NCBI GenBank assembly: GCA_030827135.1
Contig: JAURFE010000001.1
Location: forward strand, 430,368 to 494,367
Direction of reading: 5' to 3'
Source of the DNA: Vicinamibacterales bacterium
GTDB taxonomy: Bacteria; Acidobacteriota; Vicinamibacteria; Vicinamibacterales; SCN-69-37
Length of the DNA: 64,000 nucleotides
Shown: positions 1-8,724 of the stretch, piece by piece
How the letters are laid out: each line of letters begins with the position of its first letter
How positions within the stretch are numbered: the first letter of the stretch is position 1
The notes under the pieces: model-generated
Told to the model about the DNA's origin: nothing
Seen by the model: only the letters and a program-made list of their open reading frames with translations
The model's database searches: none
Translations under genes and position numbers: made by a program

Positions 1-913
1 TCTCGCCTTCGCCCAGTTTCAGCGGCGCGAGTTGGCCAAGGCGCTCGAGACCGGCCTGCGCGCGTCCGAGATTTATCCGACGAACGTCATCCGGCGGAAC
101 AACGCTGCGCTGTTTGCGATGTACGCCGGCAACTTCGATCAGGCCATCGCGCTCTCCAATGACGCGCTCCAGATCAACCCGGAGCGGGTCAAGGCGTATG
201 TGGCGCTGGGACTCTCCCACCTGGCCCTGGGTCACTCGGCGGACGCCGCAGCGGCCTGGGATCGGCTCGCCGCGCTCACGTCGGCAGACGCCAAGGCGGA
301 TGCGGCGAGCGGCCGCATCGACCTGGCCCTGTTCGAGGGGCGCACCGCCGAGGCGCTTGTGATGCTGGATGCCGCCATTGCCCGTGACCGGGAGGCCAAG
401 AACCTCGTGTCGGTGGGACGCCGGTTGGCGATAAAGGCCGAGGTGCTGCTGGCCCAGGGGAACAAGTCCGCAGCCCTGCGCGCGGCTCGCGAGGCGGTGG
501 CGGTCGGCCGTGAGGACGGGATTCTCTACACCTCAGCCAAGGTCATGATCGGGGCCGGCCAGGCGGCCGCGGCAGACGAGATTGCCGTCGAGATGGATAA
601 CCGGCTTGAGAATGACCCCCGCATCTACGCCGCACTCCTCAAGGGCGAGGCGGCCTTGGCGGCGGGCCGCTCACGAGAGGCGCTGACACACTTCGAAGCG
701 GCCCAGAAACTGGCGGACACCTGGCTGGGTCGTCTGAGTCTGGGCCGCGCGTATCTGGCGTTAGGCGCCTACCCGGAAGCGGCGTCGGAATTCGATCGCT
801 GCCTCGCACGCAAAGGCGAGGCGACGGCGGTGTTCCTCGATGACCTGCCGAGCTACCGCCTGATGCGCCCGCTCGACGATCTCCTGAAGCGCGCCCGCAC
901 CGGCCTCAAGTAG
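1..913 (+). CDS. TPR-repeat protein (5' end outside window)
   Basis: The reading frame is open from the window edge to the TAG at 911-913. The product is Ala/Leu-rich with roughly 34-aa helical repeats (e.g. AIALSNDALQINPERVKAYVALGLSHLALG, LGRAYLALGAYPEAASEFDRCL) typical of TPR. Confidence 0.6.
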   Translation, partial: LAFAQFQRRELAKALETGLRASEIYPTNVIRRNNAALFAMYAGNFDQAIALSNDALQINPERVKAYVALGLSHLALGHSADAAAAWDRLAALTSADAKADAASGRIDLALFEGRTAEALVMLDAAIARDREAKNLVSVGRRLAIKAEVLLAQGNKSAALRAAREAVAVGREDGILYTSAKVMIGAGQAAAADEIAVEMDNRLENDPRIYAALLKGEAALAAGRSREALTHFEAAQKLADTWLGRLSLGRAYLALGAYPEAASEFDRCLARKGEATAVFLDDLPSYRLMRPLDDLLKRARTGLK

Positions 914-928
914 GGCGTCGGCTCGTCG

Positions 929-949
929 GGCGCGGGCTTTAGCCCCGCC
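929..949. terminator. Candidate hairpin between convergent genes
   Basis: Imperfect GC stem ggcgcgggct / agccccgcc around a short loop, in the 52-bp gap between the TPR stop (913) and the giant-gene stop (966). There is no U-tract. Confidence 0.3.
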
Positions 950-965
950 GGATAGGCGGACGCGT

Positions 966-3900
966 TTAACGCGTCAGGGGCGGCACCGAGCTGCCGCTCG
1001 GCGGCGCTGCGACCTGAATCGTCACCGGGGCGCTGAACGCACTCGCGCCCTGACGAATGCGCACGTCGATCGGTCCAGGTGCGGCGCCACCTGGCACGTT
1101 GACCTGCACGATCAACCCAATCACGCCGTTGGACAACGCGACACCTGCGCCGACATCCCAGGTAGTCGCGCCCTGCGTGAAGCGCACCACCGCGCCAGTG
1201 GTGTCGGTGCCGTACGCCCCGACATAGATCGTACTGCCCGCCGCGACCGGCGCGGCAACCACGTTGAGGCTCCCGTCACGAATCGCCGTGATCTGCGGCG
1301 TGCCAGGCACGGCGGTGATGGTGATCGGGAAGGCGTTGGTCACAACCGTGCCGGCGTTATTGCGCAGCCGAACCGTGGCGGCCCCGAGCGGCATCGCGGG
1401 CAGTCGCACATACCCGGCGGTCGCCGACGACGGCCCGCCGAACCAGAAGCCGTTCGCTGTTGCGACCCCGTTGGTCACCTCGGCGACGACATCACCGGGG
1501 GTGGCCGGCAGGTTCGTGCCCTGGAGCACCATGAAGCCGTCGTTTGCCGCGCCGTTGGCGGGAGTCGCGGAGTTGATCGTCGCTCCCGACACCACCTGCA
1601 CGCACTGCGAGAACTCCGACGTGTTGCCGTTCCCGTCGGTGGCCGTCGCCGTCAGGAACTGACCGGCCGGCACCAACTCGTTCAGCACCGCTCCGACCAC
1701 AACCATGTCACCCGCGCCGTCACTGATCTGCTGGAACGAGCCGACGAGGCGCTCGCCCTCGCCGTTGCCGGACACGTCACACACGCTGTTGGCAAACACC
1801 TGAATCGTGTGCAGCGCATTGATCTGCAGACTGTCGAGCGTGTAGTTGAACGTGGTGGCCACGCCCGCGTTGGACACGTTGCTCAAAACCGGGAAGTTCT
1901 GCCGATTGTTGGGTCCCCCATCGCCATCACCGGCATCGTTCACCGTAATAAAGTCCGCGCCCAGATCAATCGCCAGACTGCTGTTGCTGTAGATCCGGTT
2001 GCTGAGCAATTGGTTTCTGACGTCGCCGGCGGCCGCGTTGTAGCCCACCTGGATGCCGATGCCGTTGTTCCGGATCAGATTGCCGTTGACCGCTGTGCCG
2101 CCCACCGTCGCGCCCACGGTGCCTTCGACCAACCAGACCCCGGCCGTGATGTTGTGCGCGATGGTGTTGCGCTCCACGCGCGTGCCGGACTGGTCACCGT
2201 AGAGCCCGATGCCGATGCCGTTTGCAACAGCCCCCGCCAGCGACCGGGTGATACCCACGAAGTTGCCGGTGATGACGTTGGGCGCCTCGCCCAACGTGCC
2301 ACCCGACCGGATGCCCGGGGATTGACTGTGCGTGCTGCTGCCGCCCACGACGTTGTCGCGCACGATGTTGTTCGGGGCGTCGACGAAGAGGCCGGTCATA
2401 CAGCAGCCGATCTCCGGCGTCCCACCCTGCGGCATCCAGGCATTCCCCAGTGCCGCGTTGCCCGCGGCATTCACACCCACGAGGTTGTTCTCGATCGTCG
2501 TGTTGCCGTTGGCAAAGATGCCATCACCGAGATTGCCGGAGATCACGTTCTCCTTGCCCTCGCCGGGCTCACCGATCACGGCGCTCGACCCCACCACTTC
2601 AATGCCGCGCCGGTTGCCGCGCTCGGCGGTGCCGGCCGCGTTGGTGCCGATCCGGTTGCCGAGCACCCGGACCGCAGCCCCCACCGGTCCGGTGATGTGA
2701 ATGCCCGCACCCGTGTTGCCGGACACCGTGTTACCAGAGGCGGTGTCGTTACCGATGATCGTGCCCGTGCCCCGCACCACCCGGATGCCGCCGCCGGTGT
2801 TGCCCCGGTTAACCGGACCGCCGTTGACCACCGCACCGGGGCCCAGCCAGTTCGGGCCGCCGCGGCTGATCAGATTGCCTGACGCGTCCAGACCGATGAT
2901 GTTGTTCGTGATGACGGTATTGGTCACATCCGCCAGCCCACCAGACTGCTGGATGTCGATGCCGTAGCCATTCGGCTGACCGACGGTGCCGTTGCCGGAG
3001 ATCAGGTTGCCGTCAATGATGGTCGCAGTCGCGCCGTCGTAGAGCGTGATGCCGTTGTCGAGGTTGGGCATGGCCGTCAGCCCGTCCGCGCTCATGCCGA
3101 TGCGGTTTCCGGTAATCAGCGTGCCCGACCCGCCGACGATCAGGATGCCGGACGTCTGTGACGAGGAAATCACGTTGCGCGCAATCACGTGATTGGTGCT
3201 GTAGTTCAGCTGCACGCCAACGTTGTTGGCCGGCCACGTCATCACACCGACGCGTCCGGCGCCGATGGCGTTGTCTTCCACGCGCACGTTGTTGGTGCCG
3301 TTGTTGACATACACGCCGGGTCCCGGGAAGCGGTTGATGCCAAGACCACGGATGGTCACGTCCGAGGCAGCCACTTCGAACCCGGGCGCCAGGCCGAGAT
3401 TGGTGCCTGGCTGGTCGTCGTTATTGTTCGAGACGAGGTTCAGCATGAACCGGCCGTCAAGGTTGATCATCGGCGCCATAGAGACCGTGCCCGGCTGCGA
3501 CAAGCCGTCGATGATGACCGGATTCGAGATGACCGGCAGCGGTGTGGCTGGGGCGATGTGGTGGACCCACGCCCCAGGAATCGCAAAGGTAATCGTGTTC
3601 AGATCTGCCGCCGCGTTCGCCGCAATCACCGCCGCGCGCAGCGACCCTGGACCGCCGTCCGACGCATTGGTAACCACGAACGGACTCGGATCCGTCGCGC
3701 CATTGACGACCGCGGTGAAGGTACCCTCGAGGGCATAGGTACTATCATAATGGCTGCCGGCGAGCCGGAAGCCGTAGGTATCGCCGGGCTGCACGACCAC
3801 CGACGTCACGCCGGCGAAGGCAAAACCTGCGCTTGGGTTGTTCAAGCCGACACAGGTGTCGGCGTACTGCACCAACGGCGCCGTGAAGACATCAAGTCCG

Positions 3901-6900
3901 CCGCGGTTGACGAACGACTGCAGCTGGACGGTGGACAAACAGTAGGAGTGGAAACCGGTCCACTCCCAGTCAAGCCGCACCGCGCCGGCTCCGCCGGCGA
4001 CGCTCGACAAGCTCCAGGCGCCGTTGAAGTTCGGGATGCCGTTGCGCTGATAGGTCATCCGCGGTGTCCCGCTGACGAGGCCGTTGTCGACGAGCGCGAC
4101 GATGCCGTCACCCGTGGCCGACCAGGCGGCCGGCGGCGGTGGTGGTGGCACCACCGCGCCAACACCGAACGCGTCTGACAGGATGGGCATTGCCTGCGCC
4201 GCCGCGGCGGACGCCGACAGCCGATAACCCGCGCCATCCCGATCGATCGAGAGGCCGCCAAATGTCGCCAGGCCGGCGGCATCAGTCAGCACCGTGACGA
4301 CGCCATCGAGTTTGCCGCCAGACGGATTAATCGCAATCGCGATCGTCACCTGCACCCCGGGGGCCGGGTTGCCACCGGTCACCGCACGCACGACGACATC
4401 AGGAATCGGGCCACCCGCCAGCGTATTGGCCGGCTGGGTGACGAACGACAACACCGTCGTGGTCGGCGACGGCGGGGCCGGCGGATCGGTCGGCAGCGGC
4501 GTCGCGGGCGGATTGGGCATCGGGTCATTCAGGTCCGGTGTATTCACCGCGAGCGACTGAATGACCGGGGTCACGTCCGTCACCGGATTGATCCCGATGT
4601 TGTCGGTGGGATTGGGATCGACGATACGCAGCGTGATCTTGCCTTCACCGCCGGGCTCGAGCCACAACGTGGTGTTCGAAATGTCGGGATTCGCGGGATC
4701 AAACGTCGTGTCATCCCCGGCCGTCAGGAACGTCGGGTTCAGCACGTTCGCCACGAGCACGGTCTGGGTCTGTGACTTCAGCACGCAGCCATCCGACACG
4801 GGCGTCTTGTACGTCTTGTGGACGACGAGCTGGGTCTTGATCCCGCCGGCCGTCGCCGCCTGATTGGCGATGAACAGGTTCACATTGAAGCTGGCCGTGG
4901 TGTTGCCGTCGTTCCGAATCGTCCACGTCACATCGGTCAGCGAGCCGTTGGAAATGTCGGGATTCGAGATGTCGGGATTCGAGATATCCGGGTTCGAGAT
5001 ATCGGGATTCGAAATGTCCGGATTGGAAATATCAGGATTCGAAATATCCGGATTCGCAATGCGGACGTTTGAGATGTCGGGATTGGAAATATCCGGGTTC
5101 GAGATGTCCGGGTTCGAGATGTCCGGGTTGGAGATGTCGGGATTCGAAATGTCGGGGTTATAGACCTCCGCATTCGAAATATCGGGATTCGAAATGTCCG
5201 GGTTGGAGATATCCGGGTTGGAGATGTCGGGATTCGAGATATCCGGGTTCGAAATATCCGGATTCAGGATAACCGTCGTCGCCAATCCCCCGCTGATCGG
5301 GAGGAAGTCGGCCAGGCCGACTTCAGTCACCGAGACCCGCACCTGTTCCTTCGCGTTGGTGGACGTCGCGTAGACCGTGCGCGTGACCATCGACCTCGGC
5401 GCGACCTTCACATCGACCGACAGCAACAGCGGCTCGGGCGTGGCCAGGCCGAGCTGGTTGAACGACGCACTGCCGCCGACCGGCTGATTCTCAATCGTGA
5501 GGCGGTAGGCCTTCGTCTGATACGTCAGGTTCTGCGCGAACACCACGAAGCCGCGCGGCGTGTCCGTGCTGAGCGGCTTGGTGTTGCCGGGCGAACCCGC
5601 GATCAACCCCATCGTGATGCGGGCGGAATACACGTTCTGATTCCGCATGCCGGTCTGGCCGTCGGCACAGCCGATCCCGCCCGGGGGGGTGTAGTTCTGC
5701 CAGTTGCCGTCCTTGGGCTTCTGCACGTCACGGTTGTCTGTCCACACCGCGTGAAACACCGGCGCGGAGGTATTCGCAGTGTTGTGGATCCAGGTGCCGC
5801 CCGCGTTCTGCACAAACGCCGGCGCGGGCGCCACGTCGATGTAGTCGCCCATGAACGGCACGGTGCCCAACTGGAACAGCGGCAGGTTCGGCGCGTTGAA
5901 CTGCAACTGCTGCGCTGAGGCCCCGGCGGCACCGCGCAGGTTGCCTATCAGGTACTGCGACACCATCGTCGACGCACCGAACACCGGCACGTCGCCCTTC
6001 GGCGCCTGTACAGCGCGTACGTCGATAGTGTGGCGCCGGTCGGCCACCGCGATCGCATCACGCTCGGACACAAACGGACCGAACACCCGCGAGACGTCCT
6101 GACGCAGGTCGTAATAGACGATGAGGAGTCGACCGCCCGAATAGGACATCGACGGCATCATCTGGTGTCCGGGCAGGTCGGTGCCGTCGGGCTTCGAGTC
6201 CACCGCACGCGGCGTGGTCCACACGCCCGGGATCTTCGAGGTGGCGAGCACCACGCGGGCATCGCCAATGAGCGGATCGGATCGCGCCCCGGCGTAGCCG
6301 CGTTCGGTCCACGCCAGATAGACGCGGCTTTCGTCGTCAATCGCGATCGTGGGATACGCGTTGGTGCGGAACCGATCTTCTCCGGTGCCGGAGTCGAACG
6401 GCCGAATCGAGACCAACTGATGCACGTCGCCGTGGCGATGGGCGCGCTGCAGTTTCGGCTGAATCGCGTCGGCCTTCGGGCCGGGCTTGAACTCGTGCAC
6501 CTTCACGGGCTTCTTCGCGACCTTGGCGCTGATGTCGGGCGACACCGTCATGATCGCGTCGGGCGCAGTGGCCGTCAGGCCGAACTGGCGCCATGCCACA
6601 TGCACGGCGCCCGTGCTGGGATCCACCGCGATGGTCGCGCCCTGATTGACCTTGTGCGCCGGGTCGCTGATCTGGACCGGCGTGGTCCACGTCGCGCCGC
6701 AATCGGCCGAGCGCGAGAACATGATGCGCGACTCGATGTCCGACGCGCCGGTCGCGAGGGTCGTCGTCGTGATCTGGGCGTACGCGACATACATCGCGCC
6801 CGCCAGCACCTGCTGCGAGATGGTCTTCGCAATCCCGGGAGTCGGCAACACGGTCGGCGTGCCCTTCGCGGTACGCGTCTCCGTGATTGTCTGCGCGGCG

Positions 6901-7691
6901 GTAGACACGGCGCGGCCATCGGCCCCCTTGCCGGTCGGCGTCACACCCGCGACCGCCCCCGCGACCTGCGGCGCCGGTTGCTGCGTGGTGATGCGGCACA
7001 CTTTGGCGCCGGCGCGCGGCACGTCCACGGCCATCCACGGCTTGTCGAGGAAGGCCGCCCCCGTCGAACTGGCCACGATCGATGTGGAGACGTACGCGAT
7101 CGGGTCGCCGTTCTCCTTGTTGTTGTTGTCCACAAACCGCGACACGAAAATCGCGCTCGCGCCACCTTCGCCGCGGTTAAACGCCAGACCCGCGTAATAC
7201 AGCAGACCGTTGGTGCCGGGCCGCACGACCGGGTCCGCACCGGCGTGATACGCCTTCAGCGGAGACGCCATGCCTTCCGCGGAGGTGTCCTGCGGATAGC
7301 CGGGCAGGAGCGTGCTCTGCCACCGTTCGCCGCCGTCAAATGACTTGAAGACGCCGAGCCACGCGTCGCCCGTCTCCCCGTCGTCGAAGTTACCGGGGAT
7401 GTCCACAGTCCGGTAATCGTTGGCGCCAGCCAGCAGGTGCAGCGGGTTGCGCGTCGAGGCTGCCACCGACGGCTCATTCTGACGCTGCAGATACGGGTCG
7501 CCGTTGGGCAATGTCTGCCCCGACACCATATTCACGTTGCGACCGACGACCAGGTCCAATCCGGGGTCCGCCACCTGAGCCGATGGCCACACGGCCCCGA
7601 GCACCAGGGCACCGCCTAGCGCGACAAGACCGGCCAAGGAACGTACGCGGGTGCCTGAAGGCTGAACACTTCGGCGTCTGTTTTGTGACAT
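966..7691 (-). CDS. Giant secreted multidomain protein (BNR/Asp-box propeller, Ig-like/CARDB-like modules, NPDIS pentapeptide array, parallel beta-helix, IPT/TIG-like C-terminus)
   Basis: One uninterrupted ORF. The preferred start is the ATG at 7691, preceded by AAGGA 8 nt upstream (the ORF-track start at 7730 is a GTG with no SD). The N-terminus is a basic region followed by the hydrophobic stretch LAGLVALGGALVLGAVW, i.e. a signal peptide. Asp-box motifs SFDGGERW and SADCGATW are present. A long run of beta-helix-like repeats follows (GIxI, NxIxGN). Other landmarks are a DGDGGPNNRQNFPVL motif, TATATDGNGNTSEFSQC and two Ig-like terminal modules. Confidence 0.85.
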   Translation of the reverse strand: MSQNRRRSVQPSGTRVRSLAGLVALGGALVLGAVWPSAQVADPGLDLVVGRNVNMVSGQTLPNGDPYLQRQNEPSVAASTRNPLHLLAGANDYRTVDIPGNFDDGETGDAWLGVFKSFDGGERWQSTLLPGYPQDTSAEGMASPLKAYHAGADPVVRPGTNGLLYYAGLAFNRGEGGASAIFVSRFVDNNNKENGDPIAYVSTSIVASSTGAAFLDKPWMAVDVPRAGAKVCRITTQQPAPQVAGAVAGVTPTGKGADGRAVSTAAQTITETRTAKGTPTVLPTPGIAKTISQQVLAGAMYVAYAQITTTTLATGASDIESRIMFSRSADCGATWTTPVQISDPAHKVNQGATIAVDPSTGAVHVAWRQFGLTATAPDAIMTVSPDISAKVAKKPVKVHEFKPGPKADAIQPKLQRAHRHGDVHQLVSIRPFDSGTGEDRFRTNAYPTIAIDDESRVYLAWTERGYAGARSDPLIGDARVVLATSKIPGVWTTPRAVDSKPDGTDLPGHQMMPSMSYSGGRLLIVYYDLRQDVSRVFGPFVSERDAIAVADRRHTIDVRAVQAPKGDVPVFGASTMVSQYLIGNLRGAAGASAQQLQFNAPNLPLFQLGTVPFMGDYIDVAPAPAFVQNAGGTWIHNTANTSAPVFHAVWTDNRDVQKPKDGNWQNYTPPGGIGCADGQTGMRNQNVYSARITMGLIAGSPGNTKPLSTDTPRGFVVFAQNLTYQTKAYRLTIENQPVGGSASFNQLGLATPEPLLLSVDVKVAPRSMVTRTVYATSTNAKEQVRVSVTEVGLADFLPISGGLATTVILNPDISNPDISNPDISNPDISNPDISNPDISNAEVYNPDISNPDISNPDISNPDISNPDISNPDISNVRIANPDISNPDISNPDISNPDISNPDISNPDISNPDISNGSLTDVTWTIRNDGNTTASFNVNLFIANQAATAGGIKTQLVVHKTYKTPVSDGCVLKSQTQTVLVANVLNPTFLTAGDDTTFDPANPDISNTTLWLEPGGEGKITLRIVDPNPTDNIGINPVTDVTPVIQSLAVNTPDLNDPMPNPPATPLPTDPPAPPSPTTTVLSFVTQPANTLAGGPIPDVVVRAVTGGNPAPGVQVTIAIAINPSGGKLDGVVTVLTDAAGLATFGGLSIDRDGAGYRLSASAAAAQAMPILSDAFGVGAVVPPPPPPAAWSATGDGIVALVDNGLVSGTPRMTYQRNGIPNFNGAWSLSSVAGGAGAVRLDWEWTGFHSYCLSTVQLQSFVNRGGLDVFTAPLVQYADTCVGLNNPSAGFAFAGVTSVVVQPGDTYGFRLAGSHYDSTYALEGTFTAVVNGATDPSPFVVTNASDGGPGSLRAAVIAANAAADLNTITFAIPGAWVHHIAPATPLPVISNPVIIDGLSQPGTVSMAPMINLDGRFMLNLVSNNNDDQPGTNLGLAPGFEVAASDVTIRGLGINRFPGPGVYVNNGTNNVRVEDNAIGAGRVGVMTWPANNVGVQLNYSTNHVIARNVISSSQTSGILIVGGSGTLITGNRIGMSADGLTAMPNLDNGITLYDGATATIIDGNLISGNGTVGQPNGYGIDIQQSGGLADVTNTVITNNIIGLDASGNLISRGGPNWLGPGAVVNGGPVNRGNTGGGIRVVRGTGTIIGNDTASGNTVSGNTGAGIHITGPVGAAVRVLGNRIGTNAAGTAERGNRRGIEVVGSSAVIGEPGEGKENVISGNLGDGIFANGNTTIENNLVGVNAAGNAALGNAWMPQGGTPEIGCCMTGLFVDAPNNIVRDNVVGGSSTHSQSPGIRSGGTLGEAPNVITGNFVGITRSLAGAVANGIGIGLYGDQSGTRVERNTIAHNITAGVWLVEGTVGATVGGTAVNGNLIRNNGIGIQVGYNAAAGDVRNQLLSNRIYSNSSLAIDLGADFITVNDAGDGDGGPNNRQNFPVLSNVSNAGVATTFNYTLDSLQINALHTIQVFANSVCDVSGNGEGERLVGSFQQISDGAGDMVVVGAVLNELVPAGQFLTATATDGNGNTSEFSQCVQVVSGATINSATPANGAANDGFMVLQGTNLPATPGDVVAEVTNGVATANGFWFGGPSSATAGYVRLPAMPLGAATVRLRNNAGTVVTNAFPITITAVPGTPQITAIRDGSLNVVAAPVAAGSTIYVGAYGTDTTGAVVRFTQGATTWDVGAGVALSNGVIGLIVQVNVPGGAAPGPIDVRIRQGASAFSAPVTIQVAAPPSGSSVPPLTR
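4950..5264 (-). repeat. 21 x 15-bp in-frame tandem repeat encoding (NPDIS)6-NAEVY-(NPDIS)6-NVRIA-(NPDIS)7
   Basis: Read directly from the sequence: units such as ggaaatgtcgggatt, cgagatatccgggtt and cgaaatatccggatt on the plus strand. Copies differ mostly at synonymous positions. A solitary NPDIS copy lies at 4688-4702. Confidence 0.95.
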
Positions 7692-7721
7692 AATTGTAAT
7701 CCTTGTACCAGGAACAGACTG

Positions 7722-7751
7722 ATTATGCACATAAAACTCTCAGGGTGCCAG
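7722..7751 (-). promoter_or_regulatory. Candidate sigma70-type promoter of the giant gene
   Basis: On the minus strand: CTGGCA, 18 nt, CATAAT (plus-strand attatg at 7722-7727). It lies in the only AT-rich stretch of the divergent region. It would give a leader of about 24 nt carrying the AAGGA SD. Confidence 0.35.
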
Positions 7752-7800
7752 TAGTTCCGCCGCTCTCGAACTGCTCAGGAGTCCTGGAGTACGATTCCGC

Positions 7801-8304
7801 ATGGCTTCGCAACCGTCCTTCGACATCACCTCAAAAGTCGACCTCCAGGAGGTCGATAACGCCATCAATCAGGCCAAAAAGGAGCTGGCCCAGCGCTTCG
7901 ACTTCAAAGGATCCAAGTCGACGATTGAGCTAAAAGCCAAGGAAAACCAGGTCGAGCTGGTCGCCGACGACAACTTCAAGATGGACGCCGTCTGGGAAAT
8001 CGTGCAGACGCGCCTGCACCGCCGGGGTGTGCCGACCAAGAACCTGAAGCTTGGAGACCTGGAGCCGATCGGCGGGGGCATGGTGAAACGGAAGGTCGAA
8101 TTGCAGCAGGGTGTCAGCGCAGATGCAGCCCGCGACATCATCAAGTTCGTAAAAGACCAGAAATTGAAGAAGGTGCAGGTCACCATTCAGGGCGACCAGC
8201 TCAGGGTCACCTCCGGCTCGAAGGACGAACTCCAGAATGCCATCCGCCTGTTGCGCGGGGGCGACTTCGGCCTCGAGCTGCAGTTCGGCAACTTCCGCGA
8301 ATAG
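7801..8304 (+). CDS. yajQ: YajQ family nucleotide/cyclic-di-GMP-binding protein (UPF0234)
   Basis: The N-terminus SFDITSKVDLQEVDNAINQAKKELAQRFDFKG and the length of about 165 aa are characteristic of YajQ. Confidence 0.9.
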   Translation: MASQPSFDITSKVDLQEVDNAINQAKKELAQRFDFKGSKSTIELKAKENQVELVADDNFKMDAVWEIVQTRLHRRGVPTKNLKLGDLEPIGGGMVKRKVELQQGVSADAARDIIKFVKDQKLKKVQVTIQGDQLRVTSGSKDELQNAIRLLRGGDFGLELQFGNFRE

Positions 8305-8336
8305 GTTCTGGCACCCGACTTGCTCCAGTCAGGAGC

Positions 8337-8711
8337 GTGCGACTGCTGGAATACCGTCAGAACACCGGAAAACTGGGCGAAGACCTCGCCACGGTGGAAC
8401 TCTGGCACCAGGGGTACGCAATTCTTGCCAGACGATATCGCACCCGGTACGGCGAAATTGACATCGTCGCCCAGGATGGCGAGACGATTGTGTTTGTGGA
8501 AGTGAAGGCGCGACGGACCGATCGCTACGGGACGGCCGCCGAAAGCGTGACGCCCTGGAAACAACGCCGCATCGCGGCGATGGCGCTCGACTACCTGGCG
8601 TGGTCACACAGGCTCGACGCCCCGTGCCGGTTTGATGTGGTCGCCATTGATGGCGTCGGCACCGAACGCGTCACGATTCAGCACATCAAGAGCGCGTTCT
8701 GCGCGGAGTGA
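8337..8711 (+). CDS. yraN: YraN family endonuclease-like protein (UPF0102)
   Basis: GEDLA...GYAILARRYRTRYGEIDIVAQDGETIVFVEVKARR matches the YraN core. The GTG start is uncertain because AGGAG lies only 1 nt upstream. Confidence 0.8.
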   Translation: MRLLEYRQNTGKLGEDLATVELWHQGYAILARRYRTRYGEIDIVAQDGETIVFVEVKARRTDRYGTAAESVTPWKQRRIAAMALDYLAWSHRLDAPCRFDVVAIDGVGTERVTIQHIKSAFCAE

Positions 8712-8724
8712 CCGCTTTACTGCT

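Noticed and set aside
4950-5264. 15-bp tandem repeats considered as a CRISPR-like array
   Set aside because: The units are contiguous with no spacers. They are in frame inside a 6.7-kb ORF and vary mainly at synonymous sites. No cas genes are nearby.
7745-7750. TGGCAC upstream of the giant gene considered as a sigma54 -24 element
   Set aside because: The required GC/TTGC -12 element is not present at the correct spacing (the sequence reads tggcaccctgagagtt). A sigma70-type reading fits better.
966-7800. Giant gene considered as part of a genomic island or mobile element
   Set aside because: There is no integrase, transposase, tRNA target or flanking direct repeats. Base composition by eye matches the surrounding genes.
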